A stretch of DNA of 64,000 nucleotides from a bacterium. GTDB lineage: Bacteria > UBA8248 > JACPRG01 > G963555815. The stretch spans positions 512,001-576,000 of the forward strand of contig CBDHDG010000004.1 of assembly GCA_965261595.1 (NCBI GenBank), in the 5' to 3' direction. A program made the translations under genes and the position numbers. The notes under the pieces are model-generated. The model was given only the letters and a program-made list of their open reading frames with translations, had not been told where the DNA came from and ran no database searches. Shown piece after piece: positions 24,903-35,552 of this stretch; the first letter of the stretch is position 1; every line of letters starts with the position of its first letter.

Positions 24903-25303
24903 CCAGTCATTCCTCCTGAGATGAAGCATGAAACCGCGGCCTCTCCCCAGCCGACGCATCGAAGGATCATTCTACCCCGAGTCGGTGAAAAACCCCTCCC
25001 CCGTTTTTCGCCCAAACCCGCCCCCATCGGCCATCCGGCGAAGAAGGGGGACCCGGGCGATATTTAGAGTCCCCAGCCCCCGATGCAAAACCTCAGGATG
25101 GAAAAAAGGGCGCCCAATCCGATCCGATCCGCCACCGCCAGGGAGCCCAGGGGAGGGCCATCCTGAAACCGTGCCGATGCCTTCGACGCCGCCGACCATG
25201 TTTGATTTCCCGCATGAACATGTAGGCGTCTTCCCGTTGAAAGCCGCCTCGATTCGGTAAGCGCCGCCGGGCCCGATGGCTGTCCGTGATTCTTTGCCGC
25301 GCA

Positions 25304-26698
25304 TTAGACCTTCGGCTGATGAACGCTCATCCCCCGAACGGCTCGGGCGGCCTCCATGACGCTCTCGGCGAGCGTGGGGTGGGCGTGAATCGTCTCGGCC
25401 AGTTCGTCCACGCTGAGCTCCCAGGTCATGGCGACGGCGGCCTCGTGAATCAACTCGGCAGCGCTCGCGCCGATGATGTGAACGCCCAGGATCTCTCCGG
25501 TCCCCTCGGAGGCGACAATTTTGACCTCGCCGGCGATCTCCCCGGCCGCCTGGGAGCGGCCCAGCGCCCGGTACGGGAAGCGGCCGATCTTGACGCCCTT
25601 TCCCGCCTCCTCGGCCTGGGCTTCGGTGAGACCGATGCTTCCGATTTCGGGGTGCGTAAAGATTCCGGCGGGGATAGTCTCGTAGCGCATGATCTTGTCG
25701 CCCCCCAGGGCGTTCGTGACGGCCACGATTCCCTCCGCGCTGGCCTTATGGGCAAGGAGCTTCCCCCCCGCCACGTCTCCGGCGGCGTAGATGCCGGAGA
25801 CGCCGGTCTCCATTCTCCCGTTGACCCGGATGTGTCCCTCCTCCGCCAGGGCGACGCCCGCCTCCTCGAGACCGATGTCGCCGGTGTTCAGCGCCCGGCC
25901 GATCGAGATCAGGGCCTTTTGGGCCTTCACACGCTCTCCACCCTCCAACTTCGCCTCGACGAAACCGGATTTTCTCTCCACACCCTCGACCTCCTGATCG
26001 ACGATGAGACGAATCTTCTCCTTCTTCAGCTCCCGCTCGAGGAGTTTGGAGATATCCTCGTCCTCGGTCGCGACGGCCCGGGGGAGCATCTCCAGCATCG
26101 TCACCTCGCATCCCAGGGCGCTGAAGAGGAAGGCGAATTCGCATCCGATGATCCCCGCTCCGATAATGAGGAGGCTCTCGGGAATCTCCTCCAGGACAAC
26201 GGCGTCGTCCGAGGAGAGGATGTCCTTGCCGTCTGTGGGGAACGCGGGAAACTGCGCCGGGCGGGCGCCCGTCGCCAGGAGGACCTTGTCCGCGGACAGG
26301 TCCGAGACACTCCCGTCCGCTTCGTTCAGCTCGATACGCTTCGCGGAGCGGAGCACTCCCCGCCCCCGGATATGCGTGACCCCGTGACTTTTGAACAGAC
26401 CTTCGACGCCCTTCACCATTCCGGCGATGATCTTGTCTTTTCGGGCGATCATCGCGGCGAAATCGGCCCGGACCTCTCCATCAATCACCACGCCGAACTC
26501 GGCCGCCCTCTTGACCAAGCGCAAGACCTCGGCCGAGGCGATGAGACTCTTGGTGGGGATGCAGCCCCAATTCAGGCAGACGCCCCCCACCTTATCCCGC
26601 TCGATGACGCACACGCGCCCGCCCAGTTGGGCGCCCCGGATCGCCGCCACATACCCCGCCGGCCCCCCTCCCAAAACGGCCACGTCGAAATCCGCCAT
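25304..26698 (-). CDS. lpdA: dihydrolipoyl dehydrogenase
   Basis: GGGPAGY, GGVCLNWGCIPTK, GAGIIG, HAHPTLAE. Confidence 0.95.
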   Translation of the reverse strand: MADFDVAVLGGGPAGYVAAIRGAQLGGRVCVIERDKVGGVCLNWGCIPTKSLIASAEVLRLVKRAAEFGVVIDGEVRADFAAMIARKDKIIAGMVKGVEGLFKSHGVTHIRGRGVLRSAKRIELNEADGSVSDLSADKVLLATGARPAQFPAFPTDGKDILSSDDAVVLEEIPESLLIIGAGIIGCEFAFLFSALGCEVTMLEMLPRAVATEDEDISKLLERELKKEKIRLIVDQEVEGVERKSGFVEAKLEGGERVKAQKALISIGRALNTGDIGLEEAGVALAEEGHIRVNGRMETGVSGIYAAGDVAGGKLLAHKASAEGIVAVTNALGGDKIMRYETIPAGIFTHPEIGSIGLTEAQAEEAGKGVKIGRFPYRALGRSQAAGEIAGEVKIVASEGTGEILGVHIIGASAAELIHEAAVAMTWELSVDELAETIHAHPTLAESVMEAARAVRGMSVHQPKV

Positions 26699-27002
26699 CA
26701 ATCCGATCCCTTTCCCCCAAATCCGGAGGCCCGCCGGGACGAAAGGGATTCCTTTCGATTCCCGGCACCCGACATGACGCTTATTATGAACGCCGCCCCC
26801 GCCGCGGGTCCACCCGGCTGTCTCGATGGACCGGCCGCCCCATCTTATTCCAGGATTCGGGATCAGGTGTTTGCGGATCGCAATCCGCGATTTCGGGTTT
26901 TCTCCACTGGCCCACCCATCCCGCCGCGGGTGTGGTAAATTCATGGAGATGGCGCGAGGCTTCTTCCTCTCTTTGAGTGAATCGACGCGGACGGATTGAC
27001 CA

Positions 27003-27992
27003 TTGTCAGATCAAATCCTGATCACAGGGGCGACGGGTTTTGCCGGCAAGTGGCTGGCGGACCACCTCCTGGCCCAAGGCCAGAAGGTGGTCGGAACGAT
27101 TTACGAAGGAACACCGCCCGAAGATTTTCCTATCGACCGGATTCCCCTGCACCCCTGCGACCTGGGGGAGATGAAAGCGATCCGGGCAATAATCTCGGAG
27201 ATCGACCCCCGAGAGATCTACCATGTGGCGGCGCAGGCGGTCGTAGCGACCGCCTGGCAGGACCCCTGGATGACCTTTCGCGTGAACGCGATGGGAACGG
27301 TCAACCTTCTCGAGGCCTGCCGCTGTCATGGGAAAAAATCGCGGATTCTGCTCGTCAGCTCGGCCAGCGTCTACGGCCTCCCGCCGGCGAACGGAAAGTT
27401 GAAGGAAGACATGCCTTTGAGGCCCAATGATCCGTACGGCGTCAGCAAGGTCGCGGCCGACCAGGCGGCGATTCTCTATCATCAGGCATACGGGATGGAC
27501 ATCCTGCGGGCCCGGGCGTTCAATCACATCTGCCCGGGTCCCGCCGACAAGCACGCCGTCGGCAATTTCGCCCGGCAGCTCACCGAGATGGAGTCGTCGG
27601 GCGGCGGCGACATCAGGGTGGGCAACCTCACCGCCCGTCGAAATTTCACCGACGTCCGGGACGTGGCCCGGGCGTACGCCCTCCTGATGGAACGCGGAGA
27701 ACCCGGAGAGGCCTATAACGTCTGCGGCGATACGGTCCTGTCCATCGAGCAGATCCTCGACCGGCTGATCGCCCTCAGTCCTTACGAGTTCAGAAAGGTC
27801 CAGGATCCGGCGAGGATGAGGCCCGTCGACACGCCCTTGAGCGACGGGGCCAATACGAAACTGAAGCAGGCCACGGGTTGGAAGCCCATGATACCCTTTG
27901 AGCAATCGCTTTCGGACCTTCTGGAGTACTGGCGGAAGCAAGAGCGGGACAACCCTCCGACATCGACCAGCGAAAAACCGCCGGGCGCTTGA
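27003..27992 (+). CDS. NAD-dependent sugar-nucleotide epimerase/reductase (Gmd/Rmd-like)
   Basis: ITGATGFAG, YGVSK, RAFNH, GNL..RRNFTDVRD. Confidence 0.88.
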   Translation: MSDQILITGATGFAGKWLADHLLAQGQKVVGTIYEGTPPEDFPIDRIPLHPCDLGEMKAIRAIISEIDPREIYHVAAQAVVATAWQDPWMTFRVNAMGTVNLLEACRCHGKKSRILLVSSASVYGLPPANGKLKEDMPLRPNDPYGVSKVAADQAAILYHQAYGMDILRARAFNHICPGPADKHAVGNFARQLTEMESSGGGDIRVGNLTARRNFTDVRDVARAYALLMERGEPGEAYNVCGDTVLSIEQILDRLIALSPYEFRKVQDPARMRPVDTPLSDGANTKLKQATGWKPMIPFEQSLSDLLEYWRKQERDNPPTSTSEKPPGA

Positions 27993-28031
27993 CAGCCTTC
28001 CGGGCGCAACCCTAAATAATGATTGCGCGGT

Positions 28032-28107
28032 GGGGGATTAGCTCAGCTGGGAGAGCGCGTGGTTCGCAATCACGAGGTCACCGGTTCGATCCCGGTATCC
28101 TCCACCA
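28032..28107 (+). tRNA. tRNA-Ala(CGC)
   Basis: 76 nt cloverleaf, acceptor GGGGGAT/ATCCTCC with G3:U70, anticodon loop TT-CGC-AA, GTTCGAT, encoded CCA. Confidence 0.96.
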
Positions 28108-28136
28108 GGAATCCATTCTTATATCTTCCCGTAAGT

Positions 28137-28176
28137 GCCCGAAACTCCAGTAAGACAAGGGGTTTCGGGCTTTTTT
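28137..28176 (+). terminator. intrinsic terminator after tRNA
   Basis: GCCCGAAACTCC...GGGGTTTCGGGC hairpin followed by T6. Confidence 0.75.
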
Positions 28177-28180
28177 GTTC

Positions 28181-28209
28181 TTGACACTTCCCGCCCATTT
28201 CTCTATATT
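28181..28209 (+). promoter_or_regulatory. sigma70-type promoter for the integrase
   Basis: TTGACA-17 bp-TATATT. Confidence 0.65.
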
Positions 28210-28254
28210 CCCACATTGAAAGAGGGATAAACTGTGGGAAAACGGAGAAGCGAC

Positions 28255-29439
28255 ATGAGCAGACTCAATGCTGCAAAGGTGAAGGCCATAAAGGAGCCGG
28301 GGCGCTACTCTGACGGTGGCACGCTTTTTTTGTACGTTGCGCCCGGTGGATCGAAGTCCTGGGTGCAGCGGCTTGTCGTCTACGGCAAGCGCCGGGATAT
28401 TGGCTTGGGCGGTTTTCCGCTGACTTCGTTGGCCGAAGCAAGGGAGAAGGCATTCGCGAATCGCAAGCTCGCACGGGATGGCGGCGATCCAATGGCCGCG
28501 AAGCGGCGGGCCAAGGTTCCGACATTCCGGGAGGCGGCGGAGAAGACCTTCGAGGCTAACCGCCCAAGATGGAAAAACGAAAAGCATGTCAAGAACTGGA
28601 TTCAGTCGATGGAGAAGTACGCCTTCCCTGTGCTCTGGGATATACCTGTTGACCAGATCGGACGAGAAGAAGTGCTCCGTATCCTGACGCCGATATGGAC
28701 AAGCCGACCGGAGCGTGCTCGCCGATTGCGACAGCGTATCCGCACGGTGCTTGGATGGTGCCAGGCTCACAACTACTGCGAGCACAACCCGGCCGGCGAA
28801 GGCATATCCGCCGCGCTTCCGAGCGTCCCAACCGGAAAGGCGCATTTCCGCGCCCTCCTATATGCCGAGGTGCCAAGGGCACTTGAAATCATCGAGGCGA
28901 GCCGGGCGTCGATGGCCGCGAAACTGGCGCTCCGGTTTCTCGTGTTGACGGCGGCGCGTTCAGGTGAGGTCCGGGCCGCGACCTGGGGAGAGATCGACAT
29001 CGAGGGGCGGACCTGGACGATCCCTGGCGAACGCATGAAGGGCGGCAAGGAACATCGAGTGCCTTTGTCTGACGAGGCCGCAAAGGTTCACGAACGGGCG
29101 CGGGCGCTCGATGACGGGAGCGGGTTGGTTTTTCCGTCTCCGGTTCGAAAAGGCAAACCGCTTTCGGACATGAGCTTGACGAAGGTTTTGAGGGATACGG
29201 GCCTTGCCGAGAAAACGGTTGTCCACGGCTTCAGGACGGCATTCAGGACGTGGGCGAGCGAAAAGACGAATGCCGATCACGCCGTCATGGAATTGTCTCT
29301 CGCTCATGCCGTCGGGAGTGCCGTCGAGCGCTCATATGCACGATCCGATCTTTTTGCGAAGCGGGCGCGGCTCATGGAATCGTGGGGCGCGTTCGTGTGC
29401 GGGGGCACTGGTGCGAAGGTGGTCAAGCTCCATGGATGA
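28255..29439 (+). CDS. tyrosine integrase, P4/IntA type with arm-binding domain
   Basis: YSDGGTLFL..SKSW, TAARSGE, MKGGKEHRVPL, HGFR, LAH, Y; directly after tRNA. Confidence 0.93.
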   Translation: MSRLNAAKVKAIKEPGRYSDGGTLFLYVAPGGSKSWVQRLVVYGKRRDIGLGGFPLTSLAEAREKAFANRKLARDGGDPMAAKRRAKVPTFREAAEKTFEANRPRWKNEKHVKNWIQSMEKYAFPVLWDIPVDQIGREEVLRILTPIWTSRPERARRLRQRIRTVLGWCQAHNYCEHNPAGEGISAALPSVPTGKAHFRALLYAEVPRALEIIEASRASMAAKLALRFLVLTAARSGEVRAATWGEIDIEGRTWTIPGERMKGGKEHRVPLSDEAAKVHERARALDDGSGLVFPSPVRKGKPLSDMSLTKVLRDTGLAEKTVVHGFRTAFRTWASEKTNADHAVMELSLAHAVGSAVERSYARSDLFAKRARLMESWGAFVCGGTGAKVVKLHG

Positions 29440-29817
29440 AAAGACATTCGAAAGAGCGGTAGCAGTCACACGTCAACAGTTCCTGTCGAGGCCGGAATTA
29501 AGAGAGATCCGAGCGGAAACCTATGCCCGTCATTATCGAAAGGTTCTACCCAAGAATGGACGCGACGATTTTCTCCGCAACCTGATAGTCGAGTCTGCCG
29601 AAAGCAAGATGGCATGGGACGCGGTGAAGCTTATTACGGAGGATCTGTTGCGAACGAAGGAACCCCTGCCGGCCGAACTGCGGGAATGGCTCGCGGACGT
29701 GCTATACGACCAGCAAAGGCCAGGGAAAGACAAGCGCCAGGCACGGCCAACAAAAGGGGGTCCACCGGAGGCCAACCGGGATTGGATTATCTGCGGAGCC
29801 ATCCAGTATGTCGGTAC
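29432..29817 (+). pseudogene. 5' half of a hypothetical gene cut by IS copy 1
   Basis: MDEKTFER... overlaps the integrase stop and runs into the IS at GTAC; 3' half at 60838-61028 (-). Confidence 0.7.
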
Positions 29818-29863
29818 TGGACCGCCCCTGGGTTATTGGACACTCGGGTGAGGGTATTCGACC

Positions 29864-30772
29864 TCATGCGGCCTCCGCAACTTGAGCGAGTTTTTCCTGC
29901 CTTGCCTGGGCCGGCGTTCGGTAGCCGTAGCCCTCGAGAATCCAATGATGGTTGTACAGGTTCTTGAACTCAAGCAGCGCCCACCGCAGTTCCTCTACGG
30001 TGGCGAAAGAGCGCACCCACAGGAGATTCTCCTTCAAGATGCGGATAAACCACTCACAGTAGCCATTTCCCTCGGGCGCCCGCACGAAGCTGGGCGAACT
30101 GGTCATGCCCAGGTAGGCGATCTCCCGCTGAAAGTCATCGGACAGATAGGCGGGGCCGTGGTCGTGACGAACTTTAAGCCCCTCGGCGACATCCGCCTCC
30201 AAGCCGGCGAAGCGCTCGGCGACCCCCTGCCGGATCGGCTCCAGGGCCTCGAAGCGGTTGCCGCTCTTGGCCGCATGGATCCCCACGCAGTCCACCGAGC
30301 AGTGATCCACCGCCACGAACACCGAGGCCATCCCCTCCTCGGTGGTCACCGTCGTCGTCATGTGCGTGCCCCACATTCGGTCGGGCCGCTCGGTGCGGAT
30401 GGTCCCGTTGTGGGCCTTGGGACCTCGGGGTTTGCCCACCCGGTGGGGGGCCTGAAGCCCCGCCTCCCGCATCAGGCGACGCACCCGCTCCTTGCTGGTG
30501 CGGATGCCCGCGAAGCGCAGCCTCGCCCACACCTTGCGGTAGCCCTCGCCATGGAAGGGAGAGTCCTCCAGGACCTGCCGGATGTGGCCGAGGAGTTCCG
30601 CATCGGTGCACGGGCCCACAGGGCCGCGCTTATTGGGCGTGGGGCGTTCATGAACGGGGACCGCCTCTCGCCGCCGTTGCGCGTAGACCGTGGAGCGCGC
30701 CAAGCCCCAAAGGGCGCACACCCGCTTCAGGCCGTAGGCTCTGCCCGTGGAGGTGAAGCGGGCCTGACTCAT
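29864..30772 (-). CDS. IS3-family transposase OrfB (first catalytic Asp changed to His)
   Basis: GYRKV HTH, WGTHMT (other copies WGTDMT), RHDHG, NGYCE. Confidence 0.85.
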   Translation of the reverse strand: MSQARFTSTGRAYGLKRVCALWGLARSTVYAQRRREAVPVHERPTPNKRGPVGPCTDAELLGHIRQVLEDSPFHGEGYRKVWARLRFAGIRTSKERVRRLMREAGLQAPHRVGKPRGPKAHNGTIRTERPDRMWGTHMTTTVTTEEGMASVFVAVDHCSVDCVGIHAAKSGNRFEALEPIRQGVAERFAGLEADVAEGLKVRHDHGPAYLSDDFQREIAYLGMTSSPSFVRAPEGNGYCEWFIRILKENLLWVRSFATVEELRWALLEFKNLYNHHWILEGYGYRTPAQARQEKLAQVAEAA

Positions 30773-31155
30773 CGCCTCCACCTCCTGCCGGCTAAAGGGC
30801 GGCCGGCCTCCAGGCGGTCGATCTTCTCCCGCAGGACCTCGCCCTCCATCGTGAGTTCGCCCACCTTGGCCTTGAGCCGGGCGTTCTCCTCGTCCCGCTC
30901 ATCCGCCGGGCGGGCTTTGAGCGCCGCCTCGCCCCCGCGAAGGAACGCCTCGCGCCAGGCGGAAAGCCGAGCCGCTGTCGTGCCCAACTCGCGGCAGAGC
31001 GTCTCCAGGCTCTCGCCCCGCAAAAGACGCAGGACCGCCTCCCGCTTGCGCTGGCAGGAGAACCGACCCCGCTCACTGCGATGCCCTGGGGCCTTGGCTC
31101 CGTTCGCCCTGCGGGCGCCCTCCGCCAAAGCCCCCTCTTGCTTTTGTTCGTTCAT
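30769..31155 (-). CDS. IS3-family OrfA
   Basis: KREAVLRLLRGE HTH and coiled coil LKAKVGELTME. Confidence 0.85.
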   Translation of the reverse strand: MNEQKQEGALAEGARRANGAKAPGHRSERGRFSCQRKREAVLRLLRGESLETLCRELGTTAARLSAWREAFLRGGEAALKARPADERDEENARLKAKVGELTMEGEVLREKIDRLEAGRPLAGRRWRR

Positions 31156-31409
31156 CGCGACACCCCTTTCTCCATGAATCATGGATCAATCGAGTGTCCA
31201 ACAAAACCCTAGAGCGGGGGAGATCTCTTTATTCCGTTGGCTCGTTGGTTTTGTTTTTCCGGAAATTGACAGAAAACCATTTGCAATTTCAATCTTTCGG
31301 CCCGAATTCGCCGTAAAAGCGTTTAGCTACCTTGTGTTGATCATCCTGCTTTCCGCTTGTGGGGGCGCCCTTATCTCAGGACGTTCCGTGACGAATCAGA
31401 TGCCCGGAC

Positions 31410-31690
31410 GTTCGTGCACGCGGATGCGCTCCAATCAGTTGCGGCTCTACCTGTCGGCGGTGGCCTATGAACTGATGCATGCGTTGCGTCGGCTAGGCCT
31501 TTGGGGGACGGCGTTTGCAAAGGCAACGTGTGGAACGGTGCGGACGCGGCTGCTGAAGATCGGGGCGCAGGTTCGGGTGAGCGTGCGGCGGGTGCACGTG
31601 GCCCTTGCGACGGGTTATCCGTACATGAATGTGTTCTTCCACGCCTGGCGGAACCTGCGCGCGGGGCCGGAGGGAGAGCCCGCCGTCTAA
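31410..31690 (+). mobile_element. IS1380-family transposase C-terminal remnant
   Basis: NQLRLYLSAVAYELMHALRRLGL...TVRTRLLKIGAQVRVSVRRV..ATGYPY. Confidence 0.75.
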
Positions 31691-31984
31691 GACAGATTGC
31701 AAAATGAACGCGCAGGGAGTCGAGGCAAACGTGCGTGCGGAGCCGAGCCAAATCGGCCAAAAAGCCCCTCTCACGGGTCAACTCCAACCACCCACCGGCC
31801 CTGGTTCCACCGTAAAAGCGACAGACAGGAAAAAACACTCCAATTCACACCCGATAATCCATCCGCCGAGTGGGGGGTGAGAAATGCGGGCTAACCCTTT
31901 CATCTTTTTCCGCGAATTCTGGAATGTGGGACAGCTCGAATGTTTGGCGTCACGGACACCGAAACGCGGGCCAGCCGGGCGCCC

Positions 31985-32743
31985 CTACCTCGCCAGCCAG
32001 CCGCCGTCGACGGGCAGGCTTACGCCGTGGACGAATCGGGCCGCGTCGGAGGCCAGAAAGACTACGGCGGGCGCCACGTCGGCGGGTTGCCCGATCCGGC
32101 CGAAGGGCGTCGAGTCGACGGCGAACTTCACGAATTCCGGGTCCTTGTGGAGCTCTACGCTCATGGCCGTGGCAATCTCGCCCGGGGCGATGGCGTTCAC
32201 GCGGATGCCCTCCCCCGCCAGCTCCGCCGTCATCGCCTTGGTCATCAACTCGATCGCACCCTTGGTGGCGCAATAGGCCACCGACTCCGGGAAGGAACGA
32301 TGCCCGGCGATGGAGGAGGTGAAGATGATGACCCCTCCGTTGCGGAGTTGGGGAAGCGCCAACTGGACCATCTCGAACGGGGCCCGGACATGCGTCACCC
32401 ACTGCCGGTCGAGGCTTTCCAGCGGGAAGGTCTCAAATGGGCCGTATTCATGGATCCCCGCGTTGTTGACGAGGACGTTGAAGGCGCCGAAGACTTCGAC
32501 CGCCTTCGAGACAATCGACTCCGGCGCGCCCGGCGCCGTCAGGTCCGCCTGAAAGACGCGGCACTCGCCTCCCTGCTCGCCGATCTCGCGCGCCACGCCT
32601 TCGAGGCGCTCCTGATTCCGTCCGACGGCGAACACGCGCGCGCCCGCGGCCGCCATCTGCCGGGCGATCTCCGCGCCGATGCCCGAGCTCGCCCCCGTCA
32701 CAACAGCCGTTTTCGACGTCAGCTCAAATTGGGAATTCGCCAT
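31985..32743 (-). CDS. SDR family oxidoreductase
   Basis: TGASSGIG, NNAG, YCATK, RVNAIAPG, VDGG. Confidence 0.93.
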   Translation of the reverse strand: MANSQFELTSKTAVVTGASSGIGAEIARQMAAAGARVFAVGRNQERLEGVAREIGEQGGECRVFQADLTAPGAPESIVSKAVEVFGAFNVLVNNAGIHEYGPFETFPLESLDRQWVTHVRAPFEMVQLALPQLRNGGVIIFTSSIAGHRSFPESVAYCATKGAIELMTKAMTAELAGEGIRVNAIAPGEIATAMSVELHKDPEFVKFAVDSTPFGRIGQPADVAPAVVFLASDAARFVHGVSLPVDGGWLAR

Positions 32744-32779
32744 TGGACCCGTCCCCCCCCCCCACGCTGTTCTCCCGGC

Positions 32780-33997
32780 TCAGTTCCACCATCGCTTGGG
32801 ACAAGCGGCGGTCAACACCTCGCACCCATCGGCGGTAATCCGCACGTCCTGCTCGAAGCCCGCCGCACCCACCTCGGGACGCCCCACGAGGGCCTCCACC
32901 GCGATGGTCATGTTCTCCTCCAGCACCGTTTCCTCTCCCTCGATGATCCAGGGGGGCTCCAGCCCCACGCCGATGCCGTGGCCGAAGGCCGGGAAAAGCT
33001 CGCCGAACTCGGTCCCCGCTCCCTCGGACCCCGCCCGGTGTGAGGCGAACCCGTTCTCCACCAGCCAGGAAGACCCCTGCTGGTACATCGCGTCAACGGT
33101 GATTCCCGGCTTGATGATCTCGATGATGCTCTCGACCACTCCGATGGGGGCCTCCAAGACCTCCCGCTGCGCGTCGGTGGGCCTGCCGCCGACGAGGTTC
33201 GAGCGGACAAGGTCGGTGTAGTAGCACTCGACCGGACCCCAGGCGTCTACGTGAACGATGTCCCCGTCTTCCAGTTTGCGCTCGTAGTCCCATGCGGGGA
33301 TGCCGAACCGCTCAAAGCGGTGGGAATTGGGGCCAGAGGCGACGGCCACGTCATAAGGAAACCCGCCGTGGGCCGCAAAGTATTTCAACCCTTCCCCCAC
33401 GAAGTCTCCTTCCGTCTTACCCGCCTGGACGGCCTCCATCATGGTGCGCATCCACTCAACGCCCACCGCCGCCGCGTGCTTCATGATCGCGATCTCGCCG
33501 CCGCTCTTCACCCTTCGCAGCGTCTCTAGAATGTCGTCGGCGGGCTCCGTTTTCAGGGAATGCCCGAGCGTCTCTTCCATGAGCTGGAAACTGTGATGGA
33601 GCAGACATTCCCTTCCGACCAGCCCGAGCTTGGCCTTGGCCAACCCGGTTTCTTTCAAAACTTCCGCTGTCTTCCGGGGGACCTTCAAGGTCGACCGTAC
33701 GTCATCGACAAACGTCTTCGCTTTCGGGTAATCGGGTAGATCGACGACGAGAACGGGGTCGGCGTCCACCGGCAGGATCAGCGCGCTGTACGATCGGGCC
33801 GTCCAGATCGGGGTTTCCGAATTGTGCGGGAAGGGAGAGTGATGATTGGTCAGGTAGAGAACATCACCGTAGTAGTCGACGGTCGACCCGCCCCGCGACC
33901 ACACCAGAAGTCCGTCCAAACCTCGTTCCTTGGCGGCTGTCACCGCTTTCCGTCTGCGATCCGCGAATTCTTCCGCCGGAATTTCCAAACTTTTCAC
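32780..33997 (-). CDS. M24 family (Xaa-Pro peptidase/creatinase fold) hydrolase
   Basis: RRVKS..EI, metal ligands D..YYTD, GHGIG, E, E. Confidence 0.88.
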   Translation of the reverse strand: MKSLEIPAEEFADRRRKAVTAAKERGLDGLLVWSRGGSTVDYYGDVLYLTNHHSPFPHNSETPIWTARSYSALILPVDADPVLVVDLPDYPKAKTFVDDVRSTLKVPRKTAEVLKETGLAKAKLGLVGRECLLHHSFQLMEETLGHSLKTEPADDILETLRRVKSGGEIAIMKHAAAVGVEWMRTMMEAVQAGKTEGDFVGEGLKYFAAHGGFPYDVAVASGPNSHRFERFGIPAWDYERKLEDGDIVHVDAWGPVECYYTDLVRSNLVGGRPTDAQREVLEAPIGVVESIIEIIKPGITVDAMYQQGSSWLVENGFASHRAGSEGAGTEFGELFPAFGHGIGVGLEPPWIIEGEETVLEENMTIAVEALVGRPEVGAAGFEQDVRITADGCEVLTAACPKRWWN

Positions 33998-34051
33998 ACC
34001 GTCACCTCATTTCCGAACCCGCTGCTTGGGCCGTAAGCAGTGCTCAACGTT

Positions 34052-35059
34052 TCACGATGATCCGGGGATTCCCGCCTGCTCGAGGATGGCGGCCAGATTT
34101 CCTCCCAGAATTTTCTGGCGTTCCGCATCGGGCAGGGTTTGCAGGGCGGGAAGCGCCAATTCGCCCTCCGGATCCCCAACCTCGAAAGGATAGTCCGTTC
34201 CGAAAACCACTCGATCCGCACCGACCCGATCGATCAAAAACTGAAGGGATGCGCTGCCAGCGAGGAGACAATCATAGTAGAGCTGTCCGAGGTATTCCGC
34301 GGGCGGCTTTGAGATATTCGCATGGCAGGCCGGATTTGCTTCATAGGCGGAGGCGAAGTACCCGAGGTTGATCCGATCCCCGAGAAAGGGAAGCGTCCCC
34401 CCGCCATGAGCGAGGACCAGTTTCAAGCCCGGATGCCGTTCGAGGACACCCGCGTAGATCAGGCGCGCGGCGGCGATGGTCGTCTCTGTCGGAAAGGCCA
34501 CGGTGGTATTGAGGGTATAATCCTCGAGGCTCGCATGAGAGAGGCTCGGACTCGGATGCATGAAGACCAGCAATCCCATATCAGCCAGCGCGGCGAACAT
34601 CGGTTCAAAATCAGGCTCATCCAGGAACCGGCCGGCCGCGTGCGTATTGATGGCCGCCCCCTTGAAGCCGTGCGACTCGACGGCGCGCCGCAATTCATCG
34701 GGGATGAGAGAGGGCTCCGCCAGACACAGAAGGGCCAGCCCTCCGAGGCGTCCGCCGGCCTCGTCGACGAGTTTCACCGTGTATTCATTGATTCGGCGCG
34801 TCTGCTCGACGCTCCCCGCCAGTTGCTGGTCGAGAAAAATCGAAACCGGCGACGATACCAGTTGGAGATCGACCTGTCTTTCCTCAAGGCTTTTGAGGCG
34901 GCCTTCCAAGTCGAAAAGCAGAGGGTCCAAAGGACCGTATTTCGGGTGCGCAAATCCCCCGCCTTCCAGTTTTTCCAAATGAAGGCCGAACCATGGGCTA
35001 CGCGCCATTTCGTTGGCAAGCTCATGGCTAATCGCATGGGCGTGGACATCGATGATCAT
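34052..35059 (-). CDS. amidohydrolase_2 family protein (ACMSD/decarboxylase-like)
   Basis: IDVHAH, FMHP, AHGGG, FGTDYP. Confidence 0.9.
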   Translation of the reverse strand: MIIDVHAHAISHELANEMARSPWFGLHLEKLEGGGFAHPKYGPLDPLLFDLEGRLKSLEERQVDLQLVSSPVSIFLDQQLAGSVEQTRRINEYTVKLVDEAGGRLGGLALLCLAEPSLIPDELRRAVESHGFKGAAINTHAAGRFLDEPDFEPMFAALADMGLLVFMHPSPSLSHASLEDYTLNTTVAFPTETTIAAARLIYAGVLERHPGLKLVLAHGGGTLPFLGDRINLGYFASAYEANPACHANISKPPAEYLGQLYYDCLLAGSASLQFLIDRVGADRVVFGTDYPFEVGDPEGELALPALQTLPDAERQKILGGNLAAILEQAGIPGSS

Positions 35060-35552
35060 GCTGTCAACCGGCCTCTACTCTTCTTGGGCGCAAAAAACAA
35101 TCGCCCCTTGGGTTGAAAATTCGAGTTGCGCCCGAAGGCGGGGGGTCCGCGAAATCTTCCTGAAGTCTGCCACGGCGGATGGAAAGGCGTCAATCATTCG
35201 GGAGCCCGAAATCCACCCGGAATATTTTCCAACCCGGATCCCTGCCGCGCCGCGACCCAAACTCCGAATCGTGTCGGACGCTCGGAAAACCCCGCGCGAA
35301 CACCCGAGCAACCGGACCGGACTGTCCGGCGGCTTCGGTGCGGGATATTTCCCGGGAAAAGAGAGCACCTCCGGCAGCCGCGGAGAATGAAATGACTTAT
35401 GTGCACCCAATCGGAAACTCGTATACCATCATGGCATAGACTGAAAGAAATAATCCTTTCCCATGAATGCCGGATGGGAGAACGAAAGGCCGGGTCCGGG
35501 AAGCTTGATTCCTTCACGGCGACCTGTCCGAGAAAACGGGAGATGGCGTCCA

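Larger units (their letters stand above)
29818..31221 (-). mobile_element. IS3-family element copy 1 (1404 bp)
   Basis: imperfect terminal IRs TCCCCCGCTCTAGGGTTTTGTTGGACACTCG / TGGACCGCCCCTGGGTTATTGGACACTCG; flanks GTAC/GATC do not match. Confidence 0.92.

Noticed and set aside
22794..26938. Long + strand ORFs of 664 and 550 aa
   Set aside because: Antisense or alternate-frame shadows of the HEAT-repeat gene and lpdA
29882..31177. 431-aa antisense ORF repeated in each IS copy
   Set aside because: Shadow of OrfA/OrfB in GC-rich DNA; conserved only because the IS copies are near-identical
35100..35500. Possible riboswitch or ncRNA in the divergent intergenic region
   Set aside because: Only short GC-rich hairpins; no recognisable conserved motif
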